From Haloquadratum walsbyi C23 (GTDB lineage Archaea > Halobacteriota > Halobacteria > Halobacteriales > Haloferacaceae), in contig NC_017459.1 in the NCBI RefSeq assembly GCF_000237865.1, positions 240,001 through 272,000 of the forward strand: a stretch of DNA of 32,000 nucleotides, written 5' to 3'. The notes beneath the pieces were generated by a model. That model did not search any database. It was given only the letters and a program-made list of their open reading frames with translations, and was not told the origin of the DNA. Positions 6,386 through 15,319 of this stretch are shown piece by piece; within the stretch, counting starts at the first letter, position 1; the number at the start of each line of letters is the position of its first letter. A program made the translations under genes and the position numbers.

Positions 6386-7200
6386 TATTGACTTCCTCCA
6401 CACGACTGAACTCGTGGGATTCCTCCGTGGGTAATCCAACCAGTCGATTACCCCGGCTGTGAACTTGCGGGTTCGCTGACGCTGGGTTGGTCAAATGAAC
6501 GCGACTGTTCCCCAAATTCGGCGGGTATCCAGTCGTGCTCATTCCACTTCCAGTACGCCCCATTAGAGGGTGCGTCCCTGTTGCGTTCAACACACAGGGC
6601 AGCAGGCCGAGCCATCGACCCAACTTCAGACTGCATGATGTTCCACGCCCCTGCCACGTCACTGTGACCCTTTGATTCACACTCATGACAGCTAAACGAA
6701 TCGCCAGTCCGAGTCACATCGTTACTCCCGCACTTCGGACACTCACTACTCGAATCAGCTTCGCTCACTTCTTCAACAGCAATCCCAACATCACCGAGTG
6801 TCAGTTCTATCCGCTCCAGTAGTTGCCGATGCGACCAGAAGGCGTAGTTCTTTTCGTTCACGTCAGCACTCCAATGCGTGTCTAACACATTGATAAGCTC
6901 ACCAACGTACACGGTGTCAATGTTCCGTTCGAGCAGCCACTCTGTGGCGTGTTTTACTGCCGCATTGCGGCTGTGATCTCGTATTCGTGACCGCTCTTCG
7001 TACAGGCATTGGATACGGCAGCTCGTGTACTTGTCATCTGGGAGCTCCGATTGGAGTGTAGCGATTCGCTCAGAATAGCTCAGGAACCGCTCAAACTCTG
7101 GACGAGCGTGATACACCGCCGTCTCACCATGTTCAGTGACGACAGCCAACGTGTTGTTTGCACCTACGTCGATGGCAACTGTCTGCGTCGTGTTAGATGA
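6386..7200 (-). mobile_element. 5'-truncated IS1341-type element remnant (right end retained, left end and first third of tnpB missing)
   Basis: On the minus strand the right-end module GGAGGAAGTCAA corresponds to 6388-6399. The tnpB reading frame is closed by an in-frame TGA just upstream of the RuvC-I motif. An unrelated gene ends at 7282, leaving no room for the missing part. Confidence 0.7.
6448..7197 (-). pseudogene. tnpB: Truncated tnpB (C-terminal RuvC plus zinc-ribbon part only)
   Basis: The translation reads SSNTTQTVAIDVGANNTLAVVTEHGE... (RuvC-I) ...ECPKCG...CHECE (zinc ribbon) ...HSDVAGAWNI (RuvC-III). There is no N-terminal WED/REC-like region, and a stop codon lies directly upstream at 7201-7203. 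Confidence 0.75.
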
Positions 7201-7281
7201 TCACTTGGCTTTCGGTCGGCAGAGACTCTCAGATATGGATAATCAATGACAAGGCAGGGGCATCGTGTGTGGATGTAGCTA

Positions 7282-8472
7282 TTACTCAAATATCGCATCA
7301 AACGCTTGAGCACCGAGTGGGTCAAATGTTCCAGCGGCAACGTTCTCAGAGACATGCTCTGGGGATCCAGTGCCAACAAGTGCAGTGGTGACTCCTGGGG
7401 CACTGCGAGTAAAATTAATTGCTCGTTGTGCCGGCGTTTCCCCTGATAATTCAGTATCAACAGCTGGCGGGATTGCATCTCTATTTGTGAGGTCACCTTG
7501 CGCAAGCGTTGCACTTGCAATGACGTTGATTCCACGCTCTTGTGCATATTGAAGCGCGCTAACCTCTGTAGTCGTCTCAGTATCTGTGTTTGTATTGTTA
7601 TCGAATATACTCTGATTTTGAGCAATACCGGTAGTATCTCCCTGCACAGCCGTATCGTCTCTATGTGCTGGGTCAGGGTGTGCCATTGTAGTAAATGCAT
7701 CTGACATTTGAATACTGAATGGAAGCTGTATCGCCATGAATCCACATTCATCGACTCCAACGGTATCAGCAGCCGCTTCGGCACATGCAACAACGCGTGG
7801 AAGTGACAAATATGAGTCGTGATCCGGAGAGACACGGAATGCGTTCCAACTTGCGACGCCATATCCCCCAATATCCCCAGTCGCGCAACGGCGCTCAAGT
7901 TGCTCAAAAGCTGCAGTTAATTGTTCATAGACAGCTGTCTGAGAACGAACAGTGAGTTGTGTCTCAGGATTATGGACATAATAGCAATCAATGTCGTCAA
8001 CACCAAGATTTCTTAGAGACTGATCAACCATCGAATCAATAAATGCCGGAGTGAGAGCATGACATCCACGAGCCAGTGAAGCAGCGTCCAGGGTTCCATT
8101 CTGAATAAATTCCTCAGTAATGTATTCACCCGGATCTGCTGGTTTCTCCCCATCAAAAGGAATAAATCCGCCTTTTGTTGCAAGGACAATCGCATCGCGG
8201 TCAACGGTTGCATCAGCGATTGCATCTCCGACAACCCGTTCGCTTCGTTGGCATCGATAATTGATTGCAGTATCAAGATGATTGACACCCGACTCAATTG
8301 CATCGACTAATGCACGGTAGTAGCGGTTATCTGCATCATCTGTTGCTGCTCCAAGGTATGTTCCAATCCCAATACTGGAGGTAACGCCTGGATCAAATCG
8401 GCGGAAATATGTCCGACCAAACTCCTCCCCAAATTGTTTTCGATAATTCCACGTACCCCGCTTCGTCGCCAT
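7282..8472 (-). CDS. Aldo/keto reductase family oxidoreductase
   Basis: N-terminal GIGTYLG and the AKR signature GVNHLDTAINY, then VLATKGG and CYYVHNP. It carries an internal T/N/D-rich insertion. Confidence 0.85.
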   Translation of the reverse strand: MATKRGTWNYRKQFGEEFGRTYFRRFDPGVTSSIGIGTYLGAATDDADNRYYRALVDAIESGVNHLDTAINYRCQRSERVVGDAIADATVDRDAIVLATKGGFIPFDGEKPADPGEYITEEFIQNGTLDAASLARGCHALTPAFIDSMVDQSLRNLGVDDIDCYYVHNPETQLTVRSQTAVYEQLTAAFEQLERRCATGDIGGYGVASWNAFRVSPDHDSYLSLPRVVACAEAAADTVGVDECGFMAIQLPFSIQMSDAFTTMAHPDPAHRDDTAVQGDTTGIAQNQSIFDNNTNTDTETTTEVSALQYAQERGINVIASATLAQGDLTNRDAIPPAVDTELSGETPAQRAINFTRSAPGVTTALVGTGSPEHVSENVAAGTFDPLGAQAFDAIFE

Positions 8473-8717
8473 ACATTATTTATCAATCACGCAGATAAAC
8501 GCCCATCGGTGCTGAAATATAGATATACTCCATCATCTGTGGATGTCAAATACAGATAGTGACTTTGAGCGTATCTGATATCGAGTAGCTCTGTTTCTGA
8601 TATGAATCATAGTGATTAGTGCAAGTCTTTACCGCCGTGATTATCGGTGTCGGTGATGGGAGCCGCTGAATCCGCGTCATTCGACACCGTCAGTGAAACT
8701 ATTCAAACTAATCACTA

Positions 8718-9626
8718 TCAGAGCGTGTCCGGGTCTGCTCCATCGGCGACAGCCGCAGTTGGTTCAGCGTATCCCTCACGATACGTCGGATATGAAAACG
8801 TATAATCAAGTTCATGCAGATAATCGTTTGAACATCGCTTACTCGTTCGGACGCGCCGTTGTGCTGTCTCAGAGAGGTTTGATTTCGCAAGTCGCTCCGA
8901 AACAGTCTGTTTGGGTGGGTCAGGGCGACCACATGCCGTTGCAATCCAATCAGCGAATGTCCATTTATGAGCCGGCTCATCATCGACGGCAAGGACACAT
9001 TCCTCACGAGCGACGTCTGCAGTAAGTACGTGATTAATGACACCGGCTGCATCATCGCGATGGATCATATTGAGATATCCCTCAGTTACCGGTCCTGAAA
9101 GATATCGCGTCAATCGATATCGATTTGGACCGTATAATCCAGCAAATCGAGCGACAGTTCCATCGATTCCGACATCCCCTGTTTCCTCGAGTGCGATTGA
9201 TTCTGCTGTTTTGAGAACTTGTGTTTTCTCAGTTGTTGGATCAAGCGATGTTGATTCATCAACAAATTCACCATTATGATCACCATATACACCGGTTGAG
9301 GATGTGTATATGAGTCGATCTGTCGACTCGCGTTCAGCGTATGTAGCAATTGCATTTCGAAGCCCATCAACGTAGATTCGTCGGGCTGACTCAGCACCTC
9401 GACCACCGGAACTGGCGGCGAATATGATCCATTTAGCATCTGGGAGTGTCGAAAGCGTCTCCGGATGGGTTACATCAGCCTGCTGGGCATGAAATCCTGC
9501 TGCCTCAATCGAATTCAGCCCACTTTCTGAGCGTCGAACACCAGTCACCGTGTGCCCGGCTGCCTGAAGTTGTGTGCCAAGTTCAATACCGACGTATCCG
9601 CAACCAATAATAACGGCATGAGCCAT
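8718..9626 (-). CDS. NAD(P)-dependent epimerase/dehydratase-like SDR family protein
   Basis: N-terminal Rossmann motif VIIGCGYVGIELG, and YTSSTGVYGD typical of extended SDRs. Its ATG overlaps the stop of the upstream gene by 1 nt (TAATG at 9624-9628). Confidence 0.8.
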   Translation of the reverse strand: MAHAVIIGCGYVGIELGTQLQAAGHTVTGVRRSESGLNSIEAAGFHAQQADVTHPETLSTLPDAKWIIFAASSGGRGAESARRIYVDGLRNAIATYAERESTDRLIYTSSTGVYGDHNGEFVDESTSLDPTTEKTQVLKTAESIALEETGDVGIDGTVARFAGLYGPNRYRLTRYLSGPVTEGYLNMIHRDDAAGVINHVLTADVAREECVLAVDDEPAHKWTFADWIATACGRPDPPKQTVSERLAKSNLSETAQRRVRTSKRCSNDYLHELDYTFSYPTYREGYAEPTAAVADGADPDTL

Positions 9627-10078
9627 TACTGATCATTACGTTCAGCAAGGAACTGCTGAATCGCTGCAAGTTGTGCAAGCGTCATTGCCGCTCGACCCTC
9701 GAGTGCCTGTTGCACTTCTTGACCAGAGAGATCAAGATCAACATTTGACGCAATAATATCAACATCAACAACGGTTGTGGTCATTGACATCAGTAGATGA
9801 TCACGAAGCTCAAAAATGACTGACTCCGCATCAGGACGAGTCTGATGAACCGCAAGGATTGCTGCTGCATCTTCAGTCCGGAGATCTGGGATTACTGGCG
9901 TGTCTGTATCGGGATCGATATTCGAAAGCGTCTCAATTGTCTTTGCATCAACGTCTGTCTCTTCGGTGACAGTATCAACCCCAACATCGGTGATGACATC
10001 ATGAAGTTGCTGTTCATACGCTGCACAAAGTGCATCAGGTGTCAGTGAACCAGGATTATCTGCTGCATCATAGAGCAT
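9626..10078 (-). CDS. Small acidic hypothetical protein, translationally coupled to the SDR gene
   Basis: The ORF has an ATG at 10078 (the track uses the TTG at 10090). It has acidic composition and a 1-nt stop/start overlap with the downstream gene. Confidence 0.65.
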   Translation of the reverse strand: MLYDAADNPGSLTPDALCAAYEQQLHDVITDVGVDTVTEETDVDAKTIETLSNIDPDTDTPVIPDLRTEDAAAILAVHQTRPDAESVIFELRDHLLMSMTTTVVDVDIIASNVDLDLSGQEVQQALEGRAAMTLAQLAAIQQFLAERNDQ

Positions 10079-10248
10079 ATCGCCTGTCAATACCGCGGCG
10101 ATAAAACAGTTGTTGACATATCGATGCGACCTCCTACCATATGGTCGATATAATGGAGTCCGATAGAAATATCACATAAGATAATGTCAAGATATAAATT
10201 CAGATTAACTCAAAGATTCCTATATACTATATTATCACGGGTAATAAC

Positions 10249-13200
10249 TCACTCAGGTGGGCAGTATCCGGTCGGGGTTGTGCATTGTGCGTCAGCGCCT
10301 GCCCCTGTCCACCCAACAGAACGCTCATCCATATTTCCATCAACATCTCCAACACCGAATGGACCAGATGGGACGACCACAACCGTGGCGGTTCGAACGG
10401 TAAAATCAATCCGTTCATTCCGCCCGAGTGTTTCTGTGGTTCCATCGCCGTCTATATCGAGCGACACTGCTGACCCATCACGAACATACTGCATTGACCC
10501 GGATGCAGTGCCAACGGCAAACCGCCCATATGCGCCGCGAATATCGACTATCCAGAGGTTGACCGTTGCAACCCATGGATTGAATGTCGGGAGTATCGGA
10601 AGTCCGGCAGGAATTGTTGTCACTGTTCCTTTTGTTGCCCGTGTTACAGCACGTTCGGTTGCATTCGCCGCCGCCCCAGAGGCGACTGATTGAGCACCCT
10701 GTTTGAGTGATGACATTGTGTCATCGACTGCTGGCTTAGGGACTTGAACTGACTTACTGGTTGCTACTTTTCGAAGGTCAACTCGTAATGCGGTCTCAAC
10801 CCGATCATACTCATGCTCATGTCCATATGTATATGCTTCGCTTCCCCGGCTGAGTGCTTTCGTTGAGATAGCTTTGGCAAGCGACCCATTCGCAGCGGCT
10901 AATGCGACCGAACCACCATCCCACATTGCAATCGAATCATCAATCGCTGCTGTCCGCGCTGCATTCGAGAGATCTGTTTCCGATTTGAGTGTATGGTCAG
11001 CTTGTTGTTCAACATCTTCCATTGAGTCATTAATTGCTGCTGCGAGTGTATTGCGCCGGGTGCGTAAGGTTGTATCCGGGGCAACGGCAAGACGAGTATC
11101 CGCTGCAATCAGCGCTTGTCCAGCTGTTTGGAGTGAAACACGCCCTCCAGAGCCGAAGACCTGGGATACAATTGTATCGGCTGTATCAGCATATGGAATG
11201 GCAAACACATTCTGATTGCGTGCTGCAAGCGGGATGTATGACGTCTCATCACTAACACCATCGACAAGTGTTGCATTAACAGGGCTCACTCCAAGGTATG
11301 CGGGATCACCGTCAGGGATGATAGTCAGCGGAGCAGAAACACCATTGGCAGTGCCAAGTGTTCGACGGGGTGGCGTGGTCATCGGAGTCAACCCTGCAAG
11401 TTTGTTTATATGAGATGCAGATATCCCTGGCAGATCAAGTCTCTCCGTTATTCCATTGTTTTGTTGCGTTGTCTGCTCTGATTGCTCTTCGAGTTGGGCA
11501 ATGACAGCGTCAATATACGCCCCTCTCATTGCGACTCGAACACGGTCGGCAACGCCATCATATCGCCGTGGTGGGTCAATCAGAGAATATCGCCGACGGT
11601 GGAGTATGTCTGTAAGCTGTTCTGCAGCGTTTGCTTGTCCTGTTGCGATATCATCACCGCTGACCGTCACCGAGATGGTTCGAACCTGCTCACGGAGAGA
11701 ACTCACATCCTCATATATCCATGTTGAAAGTGATTCCGGTCGTTGACCCCTGACAGTCCGGGTTGCAGTCACATCACCATTTACTGCCGCTCGTCGTGCG
11801 ATATCGTCATAGCCACCATTATTTTTTATTAGTCGTTGTGCTGCATCCGTCGTTTCAACGAGATTCGGACCGTCAATTGCCCCACCGGGTTCAAAACTGG
11901 GGGAAATCCCACGCGTCGGAACCGCGAGTGGTACAACTCTCCCTGTAAGGTGTATCTGCACATGCGAGCGCTGACGCCACGAGTCCGTTGTTGTCCGAGG
12001 AGATTTCTCTGGTGCATGCCATGTCCATTGCACTGTTGAGTCAACTGTTACTGAGCGTGCAGCGATATTGATCGTTTGTCGCCCAATTCCATCACTAAAT
12101 CGAGGGCTCACCCATGTTGGAGAGGCAGGCGTCACAGTCACTTTGCGTGATACATCTGTCTCAGCAAGCGTCCAGTTTGCTCCTGGCGGGGTAGGTGTTG
12201 TCGGACGCCCACGCCACTGTATATCGACATCAGTTGTGAGTTGAGCCCATGCCGTATAGCCGGTCTGACTGATCTGTTTATATGATGCTGTGGTATCCCC
12301 TTCTCGGATAACTGCAAGAAATGCCTCATCAGCCGTGCCGTTCACCCCGACTGTAATCGTCCGCTCTGCTGAGGGGACTGGATCGGGATATTTTGACTTC
12401 GTTTCGCGCACGCGCAACCGTTCAGGGGCGTTTGGTCCTGGGATTGCACCGGTAACCACAGCGGAAACACGCGGTGGTGTCAATGGGGTAAGAACATCAT
12501 TCATCCCTGTATTGAGTGTTGCTATTCGGAGTCCTGCAGCAGCATCGGGGTCACTCCGTCCAAAAACCGCTCGCTGTGAGTCAACAAGACCAGCATTCGT
12601 TGAAAGTGTCACATGTGAATTCGATAAAACATTTTCAATTGGTGCACCAGCATACTGTCCCAGCCCACGAGCCTGTGTGACTGCATTTAACCCGATTGTT
12701 GTCCGTCGAGCAAGACCTGGACCCCCAAGCGCATCAGCATCAAGTCGACGCTGAAATTTCACTGTTTGATCATGAAGCGCAAGAACGGGAACCGCAACCG
12801 TCATGCTTCGATTAATAACGCGAGTATTGACAACGCGGTTATCACGCATGACTGTCAACTGTATTCCTCGAACCGTCGTGCGGAGCTCAGTCCCATCATC
12901 AACACCTACAACGGAGACGTGTGTAAGCAACGGTTCAATATCACTATACTGTGGGAGTGTAACACGTGCGGCACTTCGACCACGCTGATGCTCAATATTC
13001 ATCAATGCCTCACGCGTTTGAAGATAGATTCTCAACTCAAGCGCTCGACGAAATGTGGCAGTCGTCCCAAGCGCACGTCCAACAGCGCTCTCAGTGGGGA
13101 TAGTAACAGGCTCTCGGGCTGCAGCATGGGCTGCACGACGGATCGCACCACGAAGGGCAGCAGTTGTCTCAGCGTCGACACGGTCGGCAACCGCATCAGC

Positions 13201-13332
13201 TGTCCGGTCAACTGGTGCTGCCCCAGGTGTCGCAAGTGAAAACGTAATCATTGAACTCCCAACAAGCAAGAGCACACCAACCAGCGCGAATGGAACACGA
13301 GCACGATCATCAGACCCGATTGAGCGACCCAT
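10249..13332 (-). CDS. 1027-aa protein with an N-terminal hydrophobic helix (pilin-like anchor), last gene of the pilus-like operon; function unknown
   Basis: The long ORF starts MGRSIGSDDRARVPFALVGVLLLVGSSMITF. Its ATG overlaps the upstream stop (TAATG at 13330-13334). No second TM segment is obvious. Confidence 0.85.
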   Translation of the reverse strand: MGRSIGSDDRARVPFALVGVLLLVGSSMITFSLATPGAAPVDRTADAVADRVDAETTAALRGAIRRAAHAAAREPVTIPTESAVGRALGTTATFRRALELRIYLQTREALMNIEHQRGRSAARVTLPQYSDIEPLLTHVSVVGVDDGTELRTTVRGIQLTVMRDNRVVNTRVINRSMTVAVPVLALHDQTVKFQRRLDADALGGPGLARRTTIGLNAVTQARGLGQYAGAPIENVLSNSHVTLSTNAGLVDSQRAVFGRSDPDAAAGLRIATLNTGMNDVLTPLTPPRVSAVVTGAIPGPNAPERLRVRETKSKYPDPVPSAERTITVGVNGTADEAFLAVIREGDTTASYKQISQTGYTAWAQLTTDVDIQWRGRPTTPTPPGANWTLAETDVSRKVTVTPASPTWVSPRFSDGIGRQTINIAARSVTVDSTVQWTWHAPEKSPRTTTDSWRQRSHVQIHLTGRVVPLAVPTRGISPSFEPGGAIDGPNLVETTDAAQRLIKNNGGYDDIARRAAVNGDVTATRTVRGQRPESLSTWIYEDVSSLREQVRTISVTVSGDDIATGQANAAEQLTDILHRRRYSLIDPPRRYDGVADRVRVAMRGAYIDAVIAQLEEQSEQTTQQNNGITERLDLPGISASHINKLAGLTPMTTPPRRTLGTANGVSAPLTIIPDGDPAYLGVSPVNATLVDGVSDETSYIPLAARNQNVFAIPYADTADTIVSQVFGSGGRVSLQTAGQALIAADTRLAVAPDTTLRTRRNTLAAAINDSMEDVEQQADHTLKSETDLSNAARTAAIDDSIAMWDGGSVALAAANGSLAKAISTKALSRGSEAYTYGHEHEYDRVETALRVDLRKVATSKSVQVPKPAVDDTMSSLKQGAQSVASGAAANATERAVTRATKGTVTTIPAGLPILPTFNPWVATVNLWIVDIRGAYGRFAVGTASGSMQYVRDGSAVSLDIDGDGTTETLGRNERIDFTVRTATVVVVPSGPFGVGDVDGNMDERSVGWTGAGADAQCTTPTGYCPPE

Positions 13333-14183
13333 TATGATCTACCGCCATGATCCCATGTTCGAATGACAATCTCGACCGTCGACACCGATACCGCCTCAGT
13401 TGCCACTGCTGGTGTTTCATATCGATCTCGAAGATCACTCGTGATTTCTGGGGCAAGTGCCGCTGTCAATCGTTCATTTGCCTCAGAGGTATCCTCTATT
13501 GCCAGTGGCTCAGCAAGCGATGCATTGGTCAATGACTGCAATTGAGCGTAGCGATGCCGAGTGAGAGTTATCTCTGGTTCATCATCACGCATCATGACCC
13601 GTGCTGGTCCTGGTGGAATAACAACAGCAATAATACGCGCAGCAACAGCAGTTCCAAGAGTTTGAAACTGGTCATGGGTATCGATTGCGAGTGGCTCAAC
13701 GCCGACGGGGATGCTTACAGTCGCGGTATGCACATCATCAGACAGTGGTCGTGGACCAACACTGAAGTGAGCAAATAAAGGCGACCCTGGATATGGTATC
13801 CAACGAGCATCAACACGGACACGCCCACCTGTTCGAGCGCGGACAGCGTTGCGAACCCGAAGGCGAAACATATCATCTATCCGTGTGATTTGTGCTTTTT
13901 GTGTTCGAGTTCCGCTGATTGTCGCATGTGTAATAAGTCCGGCAAGTGTCCCATGAGTCCGACGAGTGAGGTGATGACGGTCAGGAGAGATTGCTTGATC
14001 AGCGAGATTATTGACTTCTAACCGTGGTGAGTGTTCAACAGTTGTGGTGGTGGTTGTGAGTGTATTAGCAACGGTATCAGCACGGTCAATCCGTGTTGGT
14101 GGTGATTGATCGACGGTAAGAACGCCTGCAATCGCAGCCGTAATGAGTATAATACAAACAAGTGCATCAACGGCTGCATTCAT
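13332..14183 (-). CDS. 283-aa protein with an N-terminal hydrophobic helix (pilin-like), unknown family
   Basis: I prefer the start MNAAVDALVCIILITAAIAGVL because its ATG forms an ATGA overlap with the upstream stop (14180-14183). The mature part is Arg-rich. Confidence 0.75.
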   Translation of the reverse strand: MNAAVDALVCIILITAAIAGVLTVDQSPPTRIDRADTVANTLTTTTTTVEHSPRLEVNNLADQAISPDRHHLTRRTHGTLAGLITHATISGTRTQKAQITRIDDMFRLRVRNAVRARTGGRVRVDARWIPYPGSPLFAHFSVGPRPLSDDVHTATVSIPVGVEPLAIDTHDQFQTLGTAVAARIIAVVIPPGPARVMMRDDEPEITLTRHRYAQLQSLTNASLAEPLAIEDTSEANERLTAALAPEITSDLRDRYETPAVATEAVSVSTVEIVIRTWDHGGRS

Positions 14184-14662
14184 TGCCACACTCGAACAAT
14201 AATAATACCCCAATCAACACCACTGTCAACGGCAACACCAACCGAGCGGGTGACACTGTCAGTGTGAGCATTGTCTACCGGTGGGTGTGGTCCATACTGC
14301 CATTCATCAGAGTCAGTATAAATTGAAATATTCGCTTGATATCCCCGAGGAACAGACATCGATGCTGACGTAGGAGCGACAGTCACGTTGGTTGGGTCAA
14401 GCACACCACCGGGTGCGTGAATATCGATAATTCGATCTGCAGTCGGTCCGGCGAGTTCACGATCAGATGATGACTGAAAGATGTCTGTTAGTGTCGTTGC
14501 ATACAGTGATACGCCCACGCAAACAGCGAATAATGCAATTAGTGCAACAATTGGTGGTGTTTGTGCGCGACACTCAATAGAATCAGGATTAACATCAAGA
14601 CTAAAATCACGATTAGCCATCCAGGTATCTGGTAATATTGACAATGGTGTCCAAGAGCGCAT
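14180..14662 (-). CDS. 160-aa protein with a class III-like signal/hydrophobic helix (pilin-like), unknown family
   Basis: The ATG at 14662 lies 1 nt after the upstream stop (TAA-T-ATG). The sequence ...ECRAQTPPIVALIALFAVCVGV resembles the R-A/G-Q prepilin cleavage context. The track start at 14728 would overlap the upstream gene by 65 nt. Confidence 0.7.
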   Translation of the reverse strand: MRSWTPLSILPDTWMANRDFSLDVNPDSIECRAQTPPIVALIALFAVCVGVSLYATTLTDIFQSSSDRELAGPTADRIIDIHAPGGVLDPTNVTVAPTSASMSVPRGYQANISIYTDSDEWQYGPHPPVDNAHTDSVTRSVGVAVDSGVDWGIIIVRVWQ

Positions 14663-14663
14663 A

Positions 14664-15188
14664 TTACACCCCCACGAGGACAACATCTTCGTCATTCCAT
14701 GAGACACGTCGAATGACAACAGGACCATCGACAGGACGCCATGTTACATTCATTCCATTCGCTTGGGCAGTTGTGACTGCATCAAGAAATGCAGCTTCTG
14801 AGTCAAAGACGTATGTTGGTGGTGAGCCATACAGAATATCACGAAGGCGGTTATCATGTGAGTTATTCGATTCAGAAAAGACGGGCGTGACTGGACCAAA
14901 TGCAAGCGTTGCATGGGCAGTTCCAGCATCTGATTTTAGTCCAATACGATATGTTCCAAGGCGAATTGCATCTGCAGTAAGCGGGTGTTCGGCTGTTGCA
15001 GGATACTCTGCTGCCCCAACGCGGTCAATCGTCGTTGCAACAGCCGCTGCATCTGGTGGCTTTGTTGTTGGAAGACCACTAACAGCACCAATCAGCGTAA
15101 TACCCGCAATGGAAAGACCAATCCAAGCATACCACGCATCAACAGGAATATTGAACATGCTGTGAATGGTTTCGGTGTCATATATCAA
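14664..15188 (-). CDS. About 165-174-aa protein with an N-terminal hydrophobic helix (pilin-like), unknown family
   Basis: Hydrophobic segment DAWYAWIGLSIAGITLIGAV. The start is either the TTG at 15188, preceded by a GAGGTG Shine-Dalgarno-like motif, or the ATG at 15158 (MFNIPV). Confidence 0.7.
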   Translation of the reverse strand: MIYDTETIHSMFNIPVDAWYAWIGLSIAGITLIGAVSGLPTTKPPDAAAVATTIDRVGAAEYPATAEHPLTADAIRLGTYRIGLKSDAGTAHATLAFGPVTPVFSESNNSHDNRLRDILYGSPPTYVFDSEAAFLDAVTTAQANGMNVTWRPVDGPVVIRRVSWNDEDVVLVGV

Positions 15189-15319
15189 CCTACACCTCAG
15201 AATATAGCGATATTACCGAGTGAAATAGCCTGTACTACTATAACCAGTCGAATTGCTGATTGTCTCTATGTGAAGTATATCATCAATAATACTGTAACAT
15301 ATCAGTATGTTCGAATTGG

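Noticed and set aside
7164-7907. 247-aa minus-strand ORF overlapping the aldo/keto reductase gene
   Set aside because: It is in a different frame from a gene with clear AKR signatures. Its composition is Leu/Ser/Arg/His-rich and non-acidic, and it would also run across the tnpB remnant boundary.
8645-8689. 8-bp stem (CGGTGTCG/CGACACCG) downstream of the SDR gene as a terminator or small RNA
   Set aside because: The 29-nt loop makes it a weak structure, no T-tract follows on the minus strand, and there is not enough support to call a feature.
10184-13366. Plus-strand ORFs inside the 1027-aa gene (10184-10693, 12290-12754, 12766-13239, 13055-13366 and others)
   Set aside because: They are antisense to a long ORF that is start/stop-coupled to its operon. 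Their translations are low-complexity Ser/Arg/Ala/Thr-rich.
14638-15165. 175-aa plus-strand ORF antisense to the pilin-like gene
   Set aside because: It lacks the overlap/coupling logic that the minus-strand genes show, and it has no motif or hydrophobic N-terminus.
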